Source of the DNA: Haliotis rufescens | Lineage: Eukaryota | Reading direction: 5' to 3' | NCBI RefSeq assembly: GCF_023055435.1 | Contig: NW_025964383.1 | Coordinates: 48,670,001 to 48,734,000 of the forward strand | DNA: 64,000 nucleotides | In this document: positions 61,625 through 64,000 of the stretch, one piece after another | Position numbering within the stretch: the first letter of the stretch is position 1 | Layout of the letters: each line of letters begins with the position of its first letter | Translations under genes and position numbers: made by a program | Notes under the pieces: generated by a model | Database searches by the model: none | Told to the model about the DNA's origin: nothing | Seen by the model: the letters and a program-made list of their open reading frames with translations, nothing else

Positions 61625-64000
61625 TTGGAGGTGCGTAAGTGATGGAAGTGCGTAAGTGTTGGAGGTGTGTAAGTGTTGGAGATGTGTAAGTGTTGGAGGT
61701 GTGTAAGTGTTGGAGGTGTGTAAGTGGCGGAAGTGCGTGAGTATTGGAGGTGTGTAAGTGTTGGAGGTGTGTAAGTGTTGGAGGTTTGTAAGTGTTGGAG
61801 GTGTGTAAGTGGCGGAAGTGCTTAAGTGTTGGAGGTGTGTAAGTGTTGGAGGTGTGTAAGTGTTGGATGTGTGTAAGTGTTGGAGGTGTGTAAGTGTTGG
61901 AGGTGTGTAAGTGTTGGAGGTGTGTACGTGTTGGAGGTGTGTAAGTGTTGGAGGTGTGTAAGTGTTAGATGTGTGTAAGTGTTGGGTGTGTGTAAGTGTT
62001 GGATGTGTGTAAGTGTTGGATGTGTGTAAGTGTTGGAGGTGTGTAAGTGTTGGAGGTGTGTAAGTGTTGGAGGTGTGTAAGTGTTGGATGTGTGTAAGTG
62101 TTGGAGGTGTGTAAGTGTTGGATGTGTGTAAGTGGTGGATGTATGTAAGTGGTGGATGTGTGTAAGTGTTGGAGGTGTGTAAGTGTTGGATGTGTGTAAG
62201 TGGTGGAGTTGTGTTAGTGGTGGAGGTGTGTATGTGGTGGAGGTGTGTAAGTGGTGGATGTGTGTAAGTGGTGGAGGTGTGTTAGTGGTGGAGGTGTGTA
62301 AGTGGTGGGGGTGTGTTAGTGGTGGATGTGTGTAAGTGGTGGAGGTGTGTTAGTGGTGGAGGTGTGTAAGTGTTGGAGGTGTGTAAGTGGCGGAAGTGCG
62401 TGAGTATTGGAGGTGTGTAAGTGTTGGAGGTGTGTAAGTGTTGGAGGTTTGTAAGTGTTGGAGGTGTGTAAGTGGCGGAAGTGCTTAAGTGTTGGAGGTG
62501 TGTAAGTGTTGGAGGTGTGTAAGTGTTGGATGTGTGTAAGTGTTGGAGGTGTGTAAGTGTTGGAGGTGTGTAAGTGTTGGAGGTGTGTACGTGTTGGAGG
62601 TGTGTAAGTGTTGGAGGTGTGTAAGTGTTAGATGTGTGTAAGTGTTGGGTGTGTGTAAGTGTTGGATGTGTGTAAGTGTTGGATGTGTGTAAGTGTTGGA
62701 GGTGTGTAAGTGTTGGAGGTGTGTAAGTGTTGGAGGTGTGTAAGTGTTGGATGTGTGTAAGTGTTGGAGGTGTGTAAGTGTTGGATGTGTGTAAGTGGTG
62801 GATGTATGTAAGTGGTGGATGTGTGTAAGTGTTGGAGGTGTGTAAGTGTTGGATGTGGGTAAGTGGTGGAGTTGTGTTAGTGGTGGAGGTGTGTATGTGG
62901 TGGAGGTGTGTAAGTGGTGGATGTGTGTAAGTGGTGGAGGTGTGTTAGTGGTGGAGGTGTGTAAGTGGTGGGGGTGTGTTAGTGGTGGATGTGTGTAAGT
63001 GGTGGAGGTGTGTTAGTGGTGGAGGTGTGTAAGTGTTGGATGTGTTTAAGTGGTGGATGTGTGTAAGTGGTGGAGGTGTGTAAGTGGTGGAGGTGTGTTA
63101 GTGGTGGAGGTGTGTAAGTGGTGGAGGTGTGTAAGTGGTGGAGGTGTAAGTTGTGGATGTGTGTAAGTGGTGGAGGTGTGTAAATGGTGGATATGTGTAA
63201 GTGGTGGAGGTGTGTAAGTGGTGGATGTGTGTAATCGGTGGATGTGTGTTAGTGGTGGAGTTGTGTAAGTGGTGGAGGTGTGTAAGTGGTGGAGGTGTGT
63301 TAGTGGTGGAGGTGTGTAAGTGGTGGAGGTTTGTTAGTGGTGGAGGTGTGTAAGTGGTGGATGTGTGTAAGTGGTGGAGGTTTGTAAGTGGTGGATGTGT
63401 GTAAGTGGTGGAGATTTATAAGTGGTGGATGTGTGTAAGTGGTGGAGGTGTGTTAGTGGTGGAAGTGTGTAAGTGGTGGAGGTGTGTTAGTGGTGGAGGT
63501 GTGTAAGTGGTGGAGGTGTGTAAGTGGTGGAGGTGTGTAAGTGGTGGATGTGTGTAAGTGGTGGAGGTGTGTAAGTGGTGGATGTGTGTAAGTGGTGGAG
63601 GTGTGTTAGTGGTGGAAGTGTGTAAGTGGTGGAGGTGTGTTAGTGGTGGATGTGTGTAAGTGGTGGATGTGTGTAAGTGGTGGAGGTGTGTAAGTGGTGG
63701 ATGTGTGTAAGTATTGGATGTATGTAAGTGGTGGAGGTGTGTAAGTGTTGGATGTGTGTAAGTGTTGGATGTGTGTAAGTGGTGGAGGTGTGTAAGTGGT
63801 GGATGTGTGTAAGTGGTGGAGGTGTGTTAGTGGTGGAAGTGTGTAAGTGGTGGAGGTGTGTTAGTGGTGGATGTGTGTAAGTGGTGGAGGTGTGTAAGTG
63901 GTGGATGTGTGTAAGTGGTGGATGTGTGTAAGTGGTGGAGGTGTGTAAGTGGTGGAGGTGTGTTAGTGGTGGATGTGTGTAAGTGGTGGAGGTGTGTTAG
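61625..64000. repeat. 17-bp GT-rich satellite (ggaggtgtgtaagtgtt), running off the window, with a 663-bp higher-order duplication
   Basis: The rare variant gtggcggaagtgcgtgagtatt recurs at offset 663, which is 39 x 17 (61728 vs 62391). Confidence 0.95.

Overview
Eukaryotic, intron-containing invertebrate DNA. The repeat landscape and gene types suggest a mollusc, possibly an abalone-like gastropod (inference only). Bases ~0.5-28.3 kb are a ~11 kb tandem array with three copies of an uncharacterised gene. Its ~490-aa main exon is built from four divergent ~120-aa repeats, and the middle copy is a copy3/copy1 chimera, as expected from unequal crossing-over. After a 625-N gap come four main items. 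(1) A complete 4-exon EGF-rich type-I receptor gene (MEGF10/SCARF-like, minus strand). (2) A 5.2 kb non-autonomous Polinton/Maverick derivative (AGTAGT termini, perfect 6-bp TSD) whose interior is almost all satellite. (3) A TATA box with two perfect heat-shock elements, followed by a Kolobok-type TTAA element nested inside a SINE. (4) Two ankyrin-repeat genes on the minus strand; one has a ~500-aa N-terminal domain formed by a 60-bp minisatellite that copies the start of its own first ankyrin repeat. SINEs, Tc1/LINE/Penelope remnants and several satellites fill the rest. Splice models were read by eye and no database searches were run.
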